A stretch of 64,000 bases of DNA from an uncultured virus (IMG/VR IMGVR_UViG_3300020576_002679) (IMGVR_UViG_3300020576_002679), one strand, 5' to 3'; numbered from the stretch's first letter, positions 19,143 to 28,860 are shown. Translations and numbers: made by a program. The notes: generated by a model from the letters alone, not told the origin.

Positions 19143-20606
19143 CTAGTAATTTAACCACTTTGATAAAGTAGAATTGTATTGTATTTTAATTGCCTGACCT
19201 GCCGTTAATGATACCGGAACATGGCTCTCTACCGTATCTGCATCTGAGCTTAACGTAGTGCTCCATTTCAAGTTTGTTATTACCTGCGTACTTGTCAGCG
19301 ATATTATCTGCCATGCCGTAGGTGTTCCAGGTAAGCGAATTGTAAAGTTGGCAATAGTCCCCGCGGGATTTATTGTATTGTTTTGGGTAACTACCGAAAC
19401 AGAATCACCAGTCAAAGGGGTATATGTAGTTCCTTGTAAATACGGGTCAGTAGGTAAAACTCTTGCTACAAAATCTCCGTTTCCGCTCGTATCTGTAAGC
19501 ACGTAGTTTACTGCACTTGTCATTTGTGGGATGCTGATACTACGGATACCTGCTATTGCGAGTTGGTTGGATGAGGCGATTGCGTTATAGCCTAACGCTA
19601 TTGCATAATTAGAACTTGCCGCTGCACATCTTGCTAATCCACCAATAGCGGTGTTGTAAGAGCCTGTTGTATTTGTGAGTAATGAACTTATTCCAAAGCC
19701 AGAATTGTTTATTCCTGTGGTATTTGCTGTTAGCGATGCTTCTCCGCAACCTGTATTGTATTGCCCTGTTGTATTTGCGGCTAATGACGTTCCCCCAATG
19801 GCAGTATTACTAAAACCTGTCGTGTTTACTAACAGCGAATAACCTCCAATAGCGGTATTTCCTGTGCCAGATGTATTTGCTTTAAGGGCAGAATATCCAA
19901 ACGCTGTGCTTCCTGCATTGTAATCAATTATTCCACTCGCTACATTATTAACTCTAAATCTAAGCGAACCCGTATCTGTTGTTCCCAAAAAGTTTGCAGA
20001 CGGACTTAATGCGCTGTTTCCCGTAATACACCACGGAGCGCAACCAAAACCTAACTTACCTGCCGTATCGGTAACTATAACCGTTTGCCCTGTAGTAATA
20101 GCGGAAACAGGTTTTAAGTAAGTATCTAAACCGTATAAATTTAACGTATCATTGATATTTACTTTCCCATTGAATGTAGTCGTTGAAACAAATGTCCGCA
20201 AATCACTTAAAGAAGAAAAGTAGGTTACTTTTTTCGTAGCAACTCCACCCTGATACACTACATTGAAATTTATGTAGAACTTCTTAATAGGGTAATAAGT
20301 AGATAACGGAGTTTCTCCAAACAGATTTACGTTAGTGTTTGTGGCTACCGTTAAATTTGTCGCATCAAATATCACACTCCATTGCGTTCCCGAAGTTGGC
20401 AAATTAGCATAGGTAAGTGTGTAGGTATTACTACCTAAGTTTACAGTTCCATTGGTTGTTACTAAAAAGTCCTGATTGGCTATTTGCCCGTAAGTAAGAC
20501 TGTTAAGTGTTTGGCCGCCCGCAGGTATGTAATAAGTTGGAGGAGTATTTTGCCCGAATGATAAATCAAAAAGGCATAGTAAAATTGACATTAGAATCAT
20601 TCTCAT
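19143..20606 (-). CDS. Fibre/adhesin-like protein with YadA-head-like repeats and signal peptide
   Basis: 14-aa repeats NTAIGxxSLxxNTTG; WCITGN...NFLGTTD...LRFRVNN segment; N-terminus MRMILMSILLCLFDLSFG|Q. Confidence 0.7.
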   Translation of the reverse strand: MRMILMSILLCLFDLSFGQNTPPTYYIPAGGQTLNSLTYGQIANQDFLVTTNGTVNLGSNTYTLTYANLPTSGTQWSVIFDATNLTVATNTNVNLFGETPLSTYYPIKKFYINFNVVYQGGVATKKVTYFSSLSDLRTFVSTTTFNGKVNINDTLNLYGLDTYLKPVSAITTGQTVIVTDTAGKLGFGCAPWCITGNSALSPSANFLGTTDTGSLRFRVNNVASGIIDYNAGSTAFGYSALKANTSGTGNTAIGGYSLLVNTTGFSNTAIGGTSLAANTTGQYNTGCGEASLTANTTGINNSGFGISSLLTNTTGSYNTAIGGLARCAAASSNYAIALGYNAIASSNQLAIAGIRSISIPQMTSAVNYVLTDTSGNGDFVARVLPTDPYLQGTTYTPLTGDSVSVVTQNNTINPAGTIANFTIRLPGTPTAWQIISLTSTQVITNLKWSTTLSSDADTVESHVPVSLTAGQAIKIQYNSTLSKWLNY

Positions 20607-22237
20607 ATTGATGTTAGTTTTTTTGCTTGATAAATTTGTAATGAAATATCGCCCTCTGCTTGACTTTGCGCTCTTGCCGCAAATGAATAATCATTTACAG
20701 CAAAGTCAGCGCCAGTAAGAGTTCCAATATCGGACCTTATTTGTCTGCTAGCAAGTCCTCCTATATTTGTAACAATGACCTCAGATTTATACTTAACTAC
20801 CATTGCACCCGAAGTATTATCGGCTAGAATGATTTTAGTAAAAAGCTCAATTTGCAAATCTTCTGCTGTGTCTGTATTGGTAATATTTAATGTTTGATTA
20901 ACTACACCAACTCCATTCATTATAGTTGTAACAAAAATGTTTACAGCATTAGGCGCATCAGTAGTTCTATAGCATGAATATAGTTCTATTGTATCACCTA
21001 CATTTACTAGGTTTTTTGCATCGTTCGTATGGTCAGTAGAAAATGTTGATAGAGTTTGAGGCGTTGTAACTGTTGTTAAGTGCTCTTCAGGATCACTATG
21101 TATTAAAGACGTTCCGCTTGCTCCGGGTGTGCCGGCAGTAGGTGTAATAGTGCAAAGAGTTATCCATCCCGCATCACCTACATAGCGATACTGAATAATT
21201 TTATTGCTTCCGCTAGTAAGCGCCTGCATTTCCACCTCGCGGCCATCTGTTCCATCTGTGCACTCGCACGGACCCGCAGGTATAACCGGTGCCACATCAT
21301 CGCAGCAATCGCAATTCGGATCGCACCCGGTAGAAGTATAGAATTTACTTGCGTAGTATGTAACTTTTGCCTCATTACCGCACAATCTAGCTGCTTTTGC
21401 TAGGTCATAATAAACAATACCCTTTAGCAACAAATCCCATGCGCCAACCTGCATAGTAGGGTTACGAACTAGCTCCGCGTATTTGTCTTCCAGTTTTTTA
21501 AGGCAGCAAAACATTTTACACAGCACATCATCGCAAGATGATTTTGCTTCCGTCTTTGCAGTAAAATAAGCATTTACCGTAACTAGATTATCCGAAGTGC
21601 GATAAACAACGTTAGTTGTAAAGTCAGATTCATAGGTGGCAGGGGCCAATAAGTCCGTATGTGTGACAATTTGCCCGCTTCCTACTGTTGGCGTTTGTCC
21701 GCTAGTTTCAGGAGGATATAGGGTATGAACACGGGTATTCGAAATAATATTGTACCCTGAAGCATTATAATTAGTAGTGTCGGTAGAAGTTGCTACAGCA
21801 GTTGTACAATCAAAAGTAATTTCCACTTTTGCCTTAATGCAAGTAAGAGATTTTCTAAGATTGAACTCAAATACTTTCTCTGCATAAACAGTAGTTCCAT
21901 CGTCTACTACTTTCACCTTAACATCTACAAGATAGATTCCTGTTACCGCTTTTCCACCGGCAGTAACATTCAATAAAACATTAGCCAGGGTAGCAGAATC
22001 GGGAGAGCTATAATCGTCACCCGCAAAACCATTATTCTCATAAACAACAATGCCGGAAGGATCGGTTATTTTATACAGGTAGCTAATCGTATCACCACCA
22101 CCAGTATTTACTCCTATTGCTATCCAGTTAGTAGCATCGGTAATACCAATGCTGTTTATAGGAGCAGAAGTTTGATTAAGTTTAAAGAGCGCAGTATATA
22201 AAAGCGCGGCTTCAATTTGTGCTTGCGTAACTGCCAT
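20603..22237 (-). CDS. Structural protein with Cys-rich centre (fibre anchor/decoration candidate)
   Basis: 544 aa, beta-rich; CDDVLCKMFCC and CDPNCDCC...CEC; GTDGREVEM...IQYRYVGDAGW collar-like motif. Confidence 0.5.
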   Translation of the reverse strand: MAVTQAQIEAALLYTALFKLNQTSAPINSIGITDATNWIAIGVNTGGGDTISYLYKITDPSGIVVYENNGFAGDDYSSPDSATLANVLLNVTAGGKAVTGIYLVDVKVKVVDDGTTVYAEKVFEFNLRKSLTCIKAKVEITFDCTTAVATSTDTTNYNASGYNIISNTRVHTLYPPETSGQTPTVGSGQIVTHTDLLAPATYESDFTTNVVYRTSDNLVTVNAYFTAKTEAKSSCDDVLCKMFCCLKKLEDKYAELVRNPTMQVGAWDLLLKGIVYYDLAKAARLCGNEAKVTYYASKFYTSTGCDPNCDCCDDVAPVIPAGPCECTDGTDGREVEMQALTSGSNKIIQYRYVGDAGWITLCTITPTAGTPGASGTSLIHSDPEEHLTTVTTPQTLSTFSTDHTNDAKNLVNVGDTIELYSCYRTTDAPNAVNIFVTTIMNGVGVVNQTLNITNTDTAEDLQIELFTKIILADNTSGAMVVKYKSEVIVTNIGGLASRQIRSDIGTLTGADFAVNDYSFAARAQSQAEGDISLQIYQAKKLTSI

Positions 22238-22256
22238 AGTTTTTCTTTAATCACGA

Positions 22257-22264
22257 CAAATGTA
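22257..22264 (-). promoter_or_regulatory. Bacteroidota-type -7 promoter element (TACATTTG)
   Basis: Matches TAnnTTTG about 20 nt upstream of the 22237 start. Confidence 0.55.
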
Positions 22265-22300
22265 ATGATTCAAAGAATATGCAGAAATAATATTTTACTA

Positions 22301-23209
22301 TTATTCTTCGTCAGCGGCAGTTCTTGCGGCAGCCAGTCTTTCTTCCAGTGATTTGTAGGTGCTTCCATCATCTGTTTTGCGGAACCATTCTACCAATGCT
22401 TTCACCTCATTCACACCTCTAGGTACCGGACAGAAGCCATCGCCATCACCTTCTACAAAGCGCCAGTAACGAACGGCAGGATTGTATTTGATAACCTTGA
22501 ACGCAACTGCCTCCTTAATGCTAGATTCAAACTTTCGATCATCATTTTTAGTAGCTGCTAAGAATTGTTCCGGGTTGTTACGAGCAAAACTCATTAAGAA
22601 CAAATCAATAGCTCTAGAAGAAGCATTATGATCGGCAGATTTATTCAGGATGAGATATACCTGACGGGCCTCAACTTTCGTTAAGCCGCTTGATGCCATA
22701 ACAACTGCTTCAGAAACAAGTTTCTCTTTTCTGTATGCCTGTTCTTCTTCCAGTTCTTTATCCTTAAAGTAGAAGATAAAGGGTTTTGCATGAAGTAAAC
22801 GCGCATATTCAGTGTTATATGCAGGATTCATACTATTATCCGGGTGATTCATTAAGAACCAGTATAAGTCCATTTTTGTTTTTGGGAAACGAAGAAATCC
22901 ATCCAAAAACTCTAATACTTCCGGGGCAAATTTTCCTGTTACCTGAGTTTTTGCACCAGTTCCTCTTGTGAAGTTTTGCGCTTCGCGTTCAACGTAGCGT
23001 ATTTCGCAAGTAGAACCGTCCTTATCTTGAAACTCATAAGTAGGAGCAATCATCATAAGCGGAGCATACATAGGAACCATCCTTCCGGCAGTTACCTCTT
23101 TGTAGTGCTTATAATTATCCGATAAAATAAATTCGAAATTACCCTTTGGCTTTACTGATTTGGTTTCAGTTTTCCACCCGTCCCACTGGACTCCATTTTT
23201 GTAAATCAT
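22301..23209 (-). CDS. Conserved protein downstream of major capsid gene
   Basis: 302 aa; LEFLDGFLRFP...YWFLMNHPDN motif; position as in crAss-like capsid modules. Confidence 0.6.
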   Translation of the reverse strand: MIYKNGVQWDGWKTETKSVKPKGNFEFILSDNYKHYKEVTAGRMVPMYAPLMMIAPTYEFQDKDGSTCEIRYVEREAQNFTRGTGAKTQVTGKFAPEVLEFLDGFLRFPKTKMDLYWFLMNHPDNSMNPAYNTEYARLLHAKPFIFYFKDKELEEEQAYRKEKLVSEAVVMASSGLTKVEARQVYLILNKSADHNASSRAIDLFLMSFARNNPEQFLAATKNDDRKFESSIKEAVAFKVIKYNPAVRYWRFVEGDGDGFCPVPRGVNEVKALVEWFRKTDDGSTYKSLEERLAAARTAADEE

Positions 23210-23230
23210 ATTGATTTTTTGTTTTAAATA

Positions 23231-23266
23231 AAGGGAAGGGGAGATTTTAACCTCCCCTTTTCCTTT
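23231..23266 (-). terminator. Intrinsic terminator after major capsid gene
   Basis: AAGGGAAGGGGAG...CTCCCCTTTTCCTTT inverted repeat flanked by A/T runs. Confidence 0.7.
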
Positions 23267-23281
23267 ATCTTATTAATAAAA

Positions 23282-24751
23282 TTACGCCTTTTCCCACAAG
23301 AAGAACTTGTTTAAAGCCATCCATTCAGGTCCCAATTCAGAAACCATTTGGAGCTTGTTCTTGTCATGCGGTTGGTTATTAGCCATGTTGTTACCTCCAC
23401 CGGTATTCCATATTCTCAATTTACGAGAATATCCGTCCATTTCTTTGTAACGCATACCGATTGTAGGAATGTTGTTTTTGGTTTTCGCATCCTTTTCCAT
23501 TTTATTAGGAACTACAATAGCCATACCGGTCAAATCGTAACCAGGTAAGTTATATAGTTTAGGGTGCGAGAAGATATCCATTGACTTAATGTGATAAGTG
23601 TGGCTACCGATAGTAATAGACTTAAAGCCTATTTCTAAATCTTTCACCGGCTGCATACCTTGTTTCGAGAACACGATAGCGTTAGATGAGAAGAAGTCAG
23701 TAAACAACTGCTCCCATTCATTTTCGATATCTACACCGGCAAACGTAATGAAGTCACTACCTGCAAAATACTTCTTTTGTTTCTTCTGCATTTGGTAAAA
23801 CAGAGGGATAGAGAAGAACCCGGCAGTATAGGTACCGTTCAAACCTTTAGTTCTGATTTCAGGAACTAAGCCGCTTACTCCGCGGTGTCCGTCAGCTACA
23901 AGGGTTGCCTGTGTAATAGGATTATCAAAAAGAAACGCACCGTCAGTATATGCGCGTAAACGGAACTCAGCATCTAACTGGCCTTTTACGTGGTAACCTC
24001 CGATATCCTTTCCGTCACTCATTACAGTAATCCATTTACGGTTAGTAAGCTCACTGTTAGTAACATCGAACGCTTCCATTAAGATTTTCACTCCGTAAGT
24101 AATCTTACTTACTTTAGAAAGTCTACCTGCAGGCGTATCGCTACCTTCGGGGAAGGAGTTAGAGTAGATGCTCAATTCCTGACCGGCAGCAAGAGCACCA
24201 ATATTAGCCGTTGCAAGGTGAGGATAAACGCGCAATACCGGAAGCGGACCGCTAGTGTTTACATTATAAACTTTACCTGTTACTTGATTCGGGAAAAGAA
24301 CATCATCCCAAAGGCGAGGGTAAAACTTATTCGAGCTATCCACGTTAGAGGCACTGATAGTAAGGTCTACGAAGTTACCTGCACCAGGGTCAGCAACGTT
24401 TTGGCTCAAAGTAAATGTTTCAATAATCCAATCTTCTTCGAAGTGGCTAAACGTAGATTGATCTACAGCACTTTCGTAACCTAATGATTGAATAGTATCA
24501 AGGAAGCCTAACCCTTGGTCGTTAAACCTGCGGATGAGGGTATTTCTAATCGAAGGTTTCTGAATATCTAAAAGCGAGATATAACGCTCGTTATCCGGTG
24601 CGGTAGTAGCACTAGGACTGTGAATAGGGCTTAAGCCTAAATTAGAATTTATGGCAAACGGATTCGCCAACATTGCTTCCGCAAATGCAAACAAAAGAAG
24701 CATCGGGAGCATGAAAAAAGCTCTGAGTTTTTTATAAGTTGTAGGTTTCAC
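23282..24751 (-). CDS. Major capsid protein with signal-peptide-like N-terminal leader
   Basis: 489 aa after the scaffold gene and followed by a terminator; FPEGS, GVSGLVPEIRTKG, IGFKSIT and HPKLY segments typical of crAss-like/Bacteroidota MCPs. GTG start in A-rich context. Confidence 0.8.
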   Translation of the reverse strand: MKPTTYKKLRAFFMLPMLLLFAFAEAMLANPFAINSNLGLSPIHSPSATTAPDNERYISLLDIQKPSIRNTLIRRFNDQGLGFLDTIQSLGYESAVDQSTFSHFEEDWIIETFTLSQNVADPGAGNFVDLTISASNVDSSNKFYPRLWDDVLFPNQVTGKVYNVNTSGPLPVLRVYPHLATANIGALAAGQELSIYSNSFPEGSDTPAGRLSKVSKITYGVKILMEAFDVTNSELTNRKWITVMSDGKDIGGYHVKGQLDAEFRLRAYTDGAFLFDNPITQATLVADGHRGVSGLVPEIRTKGLNGTYTAGFFSIPLFYQMQKKQKKYFAGSDFITFAGVDIENEWEQLFTDFFSSNAIVFSKQGMQPVKDLEIGFKSITIGSHTYHIKSMDIFSHPKLYNLPGYDLTGMAIVVPNKMEKDAKTKNNIPTIGMRYKEMDGYSRKLRIWNTGGGNNMANNQPHDKNKLQMVSELGPEWMALNKFFLWEKA

Positions 24752-24783
24752 TGTATTTGATTTAAGATTTTTTAAAATGTGGT

Positions 24784-25866
24784 TTATCCTCCTAGTTGCT
24801 GAATGATACCGTCTGCTAACTGCCGGTCTGTTGATGTTGCCGTTGGTCCACCGTTTCCGTTATTATTGGAAGAGAAATCGGGATTGTTCAACACTTGATC
24901 CCACCATTGGTTATTTTGACTTTTACCATGCGTGAGTAAGGCTGCGGTTAAAGCAGGTAGATTGCGAATAATGGCGCGGTCAGTAAGAATTTGCTTTACA
25001 AGGGCAACTCCCTTTTCATCCGCCAGTAGCGAAGGGGATTGTTGAATAAGCGCATCAACGTCTTTTATAAGAACGTCAGCGTTACCCACCTTGAAAGGAA
25101 ACTCAAAACTTGGCTTTCCATCTTTGCCAACTCCTACAGGAACTCTAATCTCTCCAAATTCCTTTTTCAGGTTTTCTTTAACACCCTGCCATGAGTTAAT
25201 ACGGTTAGCGTTATTTTGCTCCGCGGTAACTGCATCCCGGCTTTTACCGAGTTCTAGCATTTTATTTTTGAACTCCTGAGTCTTCGGTCTTTCTTCTCCG
25301 GCATCTACTTTCAACTGAAGCAAGCCATCTTTCTCATCCTGTTCATCTTTCTTAAAGTCACCTAAGCCATATTTTTTGTCAATCAGGCGAGAGGCTTCTT
25401 CTTTAGTTAATCCGGGAGTTTTTAAAGTCATAGCCATAGCCATGAAATCCCGATTATCCATTTTTTCAAAATCTGTTTTCAGATAAGTGATTGCAGTGTC
25501 AGGATCAATATTCTGCGATAACAATTCATCTAATGCCTTACCCATGGCGGACTTGTACGGGCTTGCTGTTAGCTGTTCCTTATACTGATTATGCTCCTGC
25601 ATGCGAACCGGAAGGTCCGTTAAACTAATACCAAACCTGTCGGTCAGTACCTTGTTAAGGGCATCGTCATTTAAAGATTGCTGTTGTTGGTTATTCTGCT
25701 GATTAGCCGAATCGCCTGCTGCTGCCGAAGATGAAGAAGCATTGCTTTTATCATCATTTTTACCCGAATTATTGTCTGCGTTCGCATTTGATTGGTTGTT
25801 ACCTGCGCCCGCAGCATTAATAACTGCTTGGATATCGTCAGAATCATTTCCGTTTGAAGGAGTCAT
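24784..25866 (-). CDS. Capsid scaffolding-like protein
   Basis: Between portal and MCP; low-complexity N/Q/D/S N-terminus and helical body. Confidence 0.65.
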   Translation of the reverse strand: MTPSNGNDSDDIQAVINAAGAGNNQSNANADNNSGKNDDKSNASSSSAAAGDSANQQNNQQQQSLNDDALNKVLTDRFGISLTDLPVRMQEHNQYKEQLTASPYKSAMGKALDELLSQNIDPDTAITYLKTDFEKMDNRDFMAMAMTLKTPGLTKEEASRLIDKKYGLGDFKKDEQDEKDGLLQLKVDAGEERPKTQEFKNKMLELGKSRDAVTAEQNNANRINSWQGVKENLKKEFGEIRVPVGVGKDGKPSFEFPFKVGNADVLIKDVDALIQQSPSLLADEKGVALVKQILTDRAIIRNLPALTAALLTHGKSQNNQWWDQVLNNPDFSSNNNGNGGPTATSTDRQLADGIIQQLGG

Positions 25867-25893
25867 TAGATATAATGTTTATGAAAAACGAAA

Positions 25894-28287
25894 TTAAACA
25901 ATATTTTGATTTTCCAAACTTACAGCATGAGCAGTTTCATCTTTCGCCAGTTTACTCTTCCCTGCGTCCTGCCCTGCCTGTATCAATCCAGTTGCTTGTA
26001 GTTTGCGAATATCCTCATTGGTTTTATGCGTGTATTGCTCATTCTTAGCTTTAGTATCGGCAGCCAGGTCCGCATTTTTCAATTCAGATTTTGTCTTCTC
26101 AACCTGTGAAAGATTTTCCGCATTTTGTTTACTAATGAGAGCGCTTTCTTCCTGTGCCTTGCGCTTGAATCTGCGTATGCGTTGGTTGAGTATCATTTCA
26201 ATCAACTTCAAATCTGTATCATTTGAAAGGAGTCTTACAATTTCAAGATAGTCTGCAAACTCAATACCTCCCTTAGTAGGGTCCTGAGAACTCTGCAGCG
26301 CTGTTTTAGCCGCTTCCAGTATTCTAGCTTTACTTTCCTGTGTAGGACGAGCAACAAAGCGGGTATTGAAAATATATTGCTCACTGTCTTCCAGTCCGAT
26401 AACAATATTCTGCACTCCCATTTGACCTAGCACCGGAACAAACGTGGTGAAGTTGCCAGTGTACTTAACTATCATTTGAATTTTCAAAAGAACGTCCTTC
26501 ATGGTAATTTCTTCCAATGCAAGCGCGCCTGATATCATAGGCCATATAGCATTATTGGCACTTTCAAATGCCTGTTGTTGAACGCCAACAAGCAAGTCTG
26601 TTTGAGGCGCTGCACCCGAAGCCATAATTTCATTTATGCCGGTTACTTCACGAATCATATTGATATCGTTCATTAACGACTGTGTAAGTTCGGCAAATTC
26701 TCTACCGAGGCCGCCCTTTGTTTCTGTTACCGGTGGACCGCTATTATCAATGCCGTCATCGTCCTGTGTGGAATTTCTTCGATAAACAATAATACCAGTC
26801 TGTGTAGCAATTTCTAAAAGCTCCTTAGCTGTCATTTTCTTTCCATCGAGAAAGACATTTTCAAACGCGCCAATCTCTACCATGATACCCTTCGGCATCG
26901 CGCGCGCTTTAAGATTTTGAATACGCAGCCAGGTAAGCTGAATACTGTCCGCGAAGGTAATTGCTCTTTCTAGCGGTGACTTATTAGATACCCGGTAAAA
27001 CTTATAACGCTTGTAACACTGCTGAGGGTTCAATACTTCCCGCGAAATATTTTTAAGCAATCCATAATCGTAGATGAAGTTTGTATTAATTACCCACTTA
27101 CCAGTATAAACCGTAGCGATATCTTTGCACTTTACTTCTTTACTGTAAATACTTCCATCGTCACGCACAGCCTTAGTCTTACCTACGGGCTCATTGAAAT
27201 CTCTCTTGTAAGTATTAGTAGCTCCGTACTTATCATTATCCTCAAACTTGTAACGGTCTACGCTATCGTAGTCCATATCCATCACGTAAACTTCACACAT
27301 ATCATACTCTCTGTATTTAATGTATTGAAGGTCCGTATTCACATAATCATTCCATGGCAACATTTGCAACGGGTTATTAAAGTAACCCACAAACGCCATT
27401 GCCATTTCGTAATATTCCTGTTCTGTAAATTGATCGCCCGCCTCTAGCTTTAACTGCCCGATAGTCAATTTACGAATCTCACCAATGCGCGTCATTTTCC
27501 CTCCATCATGGCCGCGGAAATCCATAAGTATCTGATTGATTGGATCTGTAGCCCGCATGTAAGGCTTCTTTGCCTTGCGGTCAATATCTACACAAGTACC
27601 GGCACAGCCTAAATCAAATATATTTTCACGAATAAGTTTTTGAGATTCTTTCCACCGGCTATCATATTGCACTCCCATTATAGCCATTTCATATAGCGCT
27701 TCGGAGGCAAGCCGGAAGTTATTTGTCATGTAGAGGTCGAGCTCCTCTTTTGTTTCCGGTAGAAATTCCTCCTGCGAGTTTAAATCAATGCCTGACTTTT
27801 CGCTCATTTCTTTGAAGAACTTAGCCAGTAACATTTCTCCTTCCAGGCGGGCGCGTTCACTTTTTCTTTCCTGACTTGCAGTCGGGTTAATGGCATCTAC
27901 CATTACCGTGTATTGCATCTTCTCCCAATGCGATAAAACTACATCACGAAACTTCGGGATGATAGAAACAATACTCCAATCTAAGTCAAGATAACTAACC
28001 GGACGGTTCTGAGCATTTTTCAGCTTGGTCATCCACTTTATATACTTGGAGGTAGATTGATTGCCATCCGCATACATTCTGTTTTCTATCCAGTCTTGAC
28101 GCTTACCGTAGTTAAACATTCCGCCACTTAGCTTGTGGACGTTGTAGGCCGCTTTAAAATACCGTAGCTGATACTCCCGTGTTTTTTTGACTTCGGGATC
28201 AACTAGGTCAGATGGAAAACGCGCCATTTCGTCCGATGAAGGGAGGTCACTTCGTCCGCTAGCGGATGATGATTTTGTTTCTGCCAT
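25894..28287 (-). CDS. Portal protein
   Basis: 797 aa; RMYADGNQS..KY, SYLDLDWSIVSIIPKF, ATQTGIIVYR and INMIREVTGINE motifs of crAss-like portals. Confidence 0.85.
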   Translation of the reverse strand: MAETKSSSASGRSDLPSSDEMARFPSDLVDPEVKKTREYQLRYFKAAYNVHKLSGGMFNYGKRQDWIENRMYADGNQSTSKYIKWMTKLKNAQNRPVSYLDLDWSIVSIIPKFRDVVLSHWEKMQYTVMVDAINPTASQERKSERARLEGEMLLAKFFKEMSEKSGIDLNSQEEFLPETKEELDLYMTNNFRLASEALYEMAIMGVQYDSRWKESQKLIRENIFDLGCAGTCVDIDRKAKKPYMRATDPINQILMDFRGHDGGKMTRIGEIRKLTIGQLKLEAGDQFTEQEYYEMAMAFVGYFNNPLQMLPWNDYVNTDLQYIKYREYDMCEVYVMDMDYDSVDRYKFEDNDKYGATNTYKRDFNEPVGKTKAVRDDGSIYSKEVKCKDIATVYTGKWVINTNFIYDYGLLKNISREVLNPQQCYKRYKFYRVSNKSPLERAITFADSIQLTWLRIQNLKARAMPKGIMVEIGAFENVFLDGKKMTAKELLEIATQTGIIVYRRNSTQDDDGIDNSGPPVTETKGGLGREFAELTQSLMNDINMIREVTGINEIMASGAAPQTDLLVGVQQQAFESANNAIWPMISGALALEEITMKDVLLKIQMIVKYTGNFTTFVPVLGQMGVQNIVIGLEDSEQYIFNTRFVARPTQESKARILEAAKTALQSSQDPTKGGIEFADYLEIVRLLSNDTDLKLIEMILNQRIRRFKRKAQEESALISKQNAENLSQVEKTKSELKNADLAADTKAKNEQYTHKTNEDIRKLQATGLIQAGQDAGKSKLAKDETAHAVSLENQNIV

Positions 28288-28291
28288 GTAA

Positions 28292-28329
28292 CAAATATAT
28301 GTGTAAAAATAAAATAAATATTAGTTTCG
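28292..28329. promoter_or_regulatory. Divergent promoters for portal (TATATTTG, minus) and tRNA (TAGTTTCG, plus)
   Basis: Exact TAnnTTTG at 28292-28299 (minus); near match at 28322-28329 (plus). Confidence 0.5.
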
Positions 28330-28332
28330 CAT

Positions 28333-28405
28333 TGCGAGGTGGAGCAATTGGTAGCTCGTTGGGCTCATAACTCAAAGGTCGCGGGTTCGAGTCCCGTCCG
28401 CGCAA
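28333..28405 (+). tRNA. tRNA-Met(CAT), initiator-like
   Basis: Cloverleaf TGCGAGG/GAGC-AATTGGTA-GCTC/TTGGG-CTCATAA-CTCAA/GCGGG-TTCGAGT-CCCGT/CCGCGCA-A; close to bacterial tRNA-fMet; CCA not encoded. Confidence 0.9.
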
Positions 28406-28465
28406 CATAAACGGAGTCCGCCATTTTCGGACATGAATGCGGAGGCACCGGGTCCTCCATGAAGC

Positions 28466-28498
28466 AAGAGAGGGGGCAAATCGCCCCCTCTTAGTTTT
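28466..28498. terminator. Bidirectional terminator hairpin
   Basis: GAGGGGGC-AAATC-GCCCCCTC between the convergent tRNA and CDS. Confidence 0.7.
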
Positions 28499-28742
28499 AC
28501 CGGTGTTTATACCTGTATTCGTTTAGTTTTCTTCTAAACTTTATATCGTCCATTTCCTTTTTTGATTGCTCTTTTGCTAGCACGTCCATATTATCATCAA
28601 TGTATTGCTTCAGTGGTTTATACTTAGCACCGTTGAGAAACCAATCCTGTTGATTAAGCCATAGTAAATAATAGCATGGCACATTAGCAAGCTCCTTTCC
28701 CTTATGAGCTCCGAAATCTATTTTGTCTTTATCTGTCAGCAT
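28497..28742 (-). CDS. DUF3820/QSregVF-like small protein
   Basis: IDFGAHKGKELANVPCYYLLWL motif. Confidence 0.7.
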   Translation of the reverse strand: MLTDKDKIDFGAHKGKELANVPCYYLLWLNQQDWFLNGAKYKPLKQYIDDNMDVLAKEQSKKEMDDIKFRRKLNEYRYKHR

Positions 28743-28743
28743 A

Positions 28744-28860
28744 TTACTCAGTTGTATAAAAGAAAAGTCCATCACCTACCTCCGCCTCTTGAAGCGCTAG
28801 CATTATTTCATAATACTTATCAAGGTCAACTACAAACAATATTTTTTCTTCCTCTGCCAT
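28744..28860 (-). CDS. Small hypothetical protein (38 aa)
   Basis: MAEEEKILFVVDLDKYYEIMLALQEAEVGDGLFFYTTE*; TGATG coupling to terL; fills the gap exactly. Confidence 0.55.
   Translation of the reverse strand: MAEEEKILFVVDLDKYYEIMLALQEAEVGDGLFFYTTE

Noticed and set aside
28406..28470. Theta/HDV-like ribozyme after the tRNA
   Set aside because: Could not build the nested double pseudoknot or find the catalytic C context; only simple hairpins seen.
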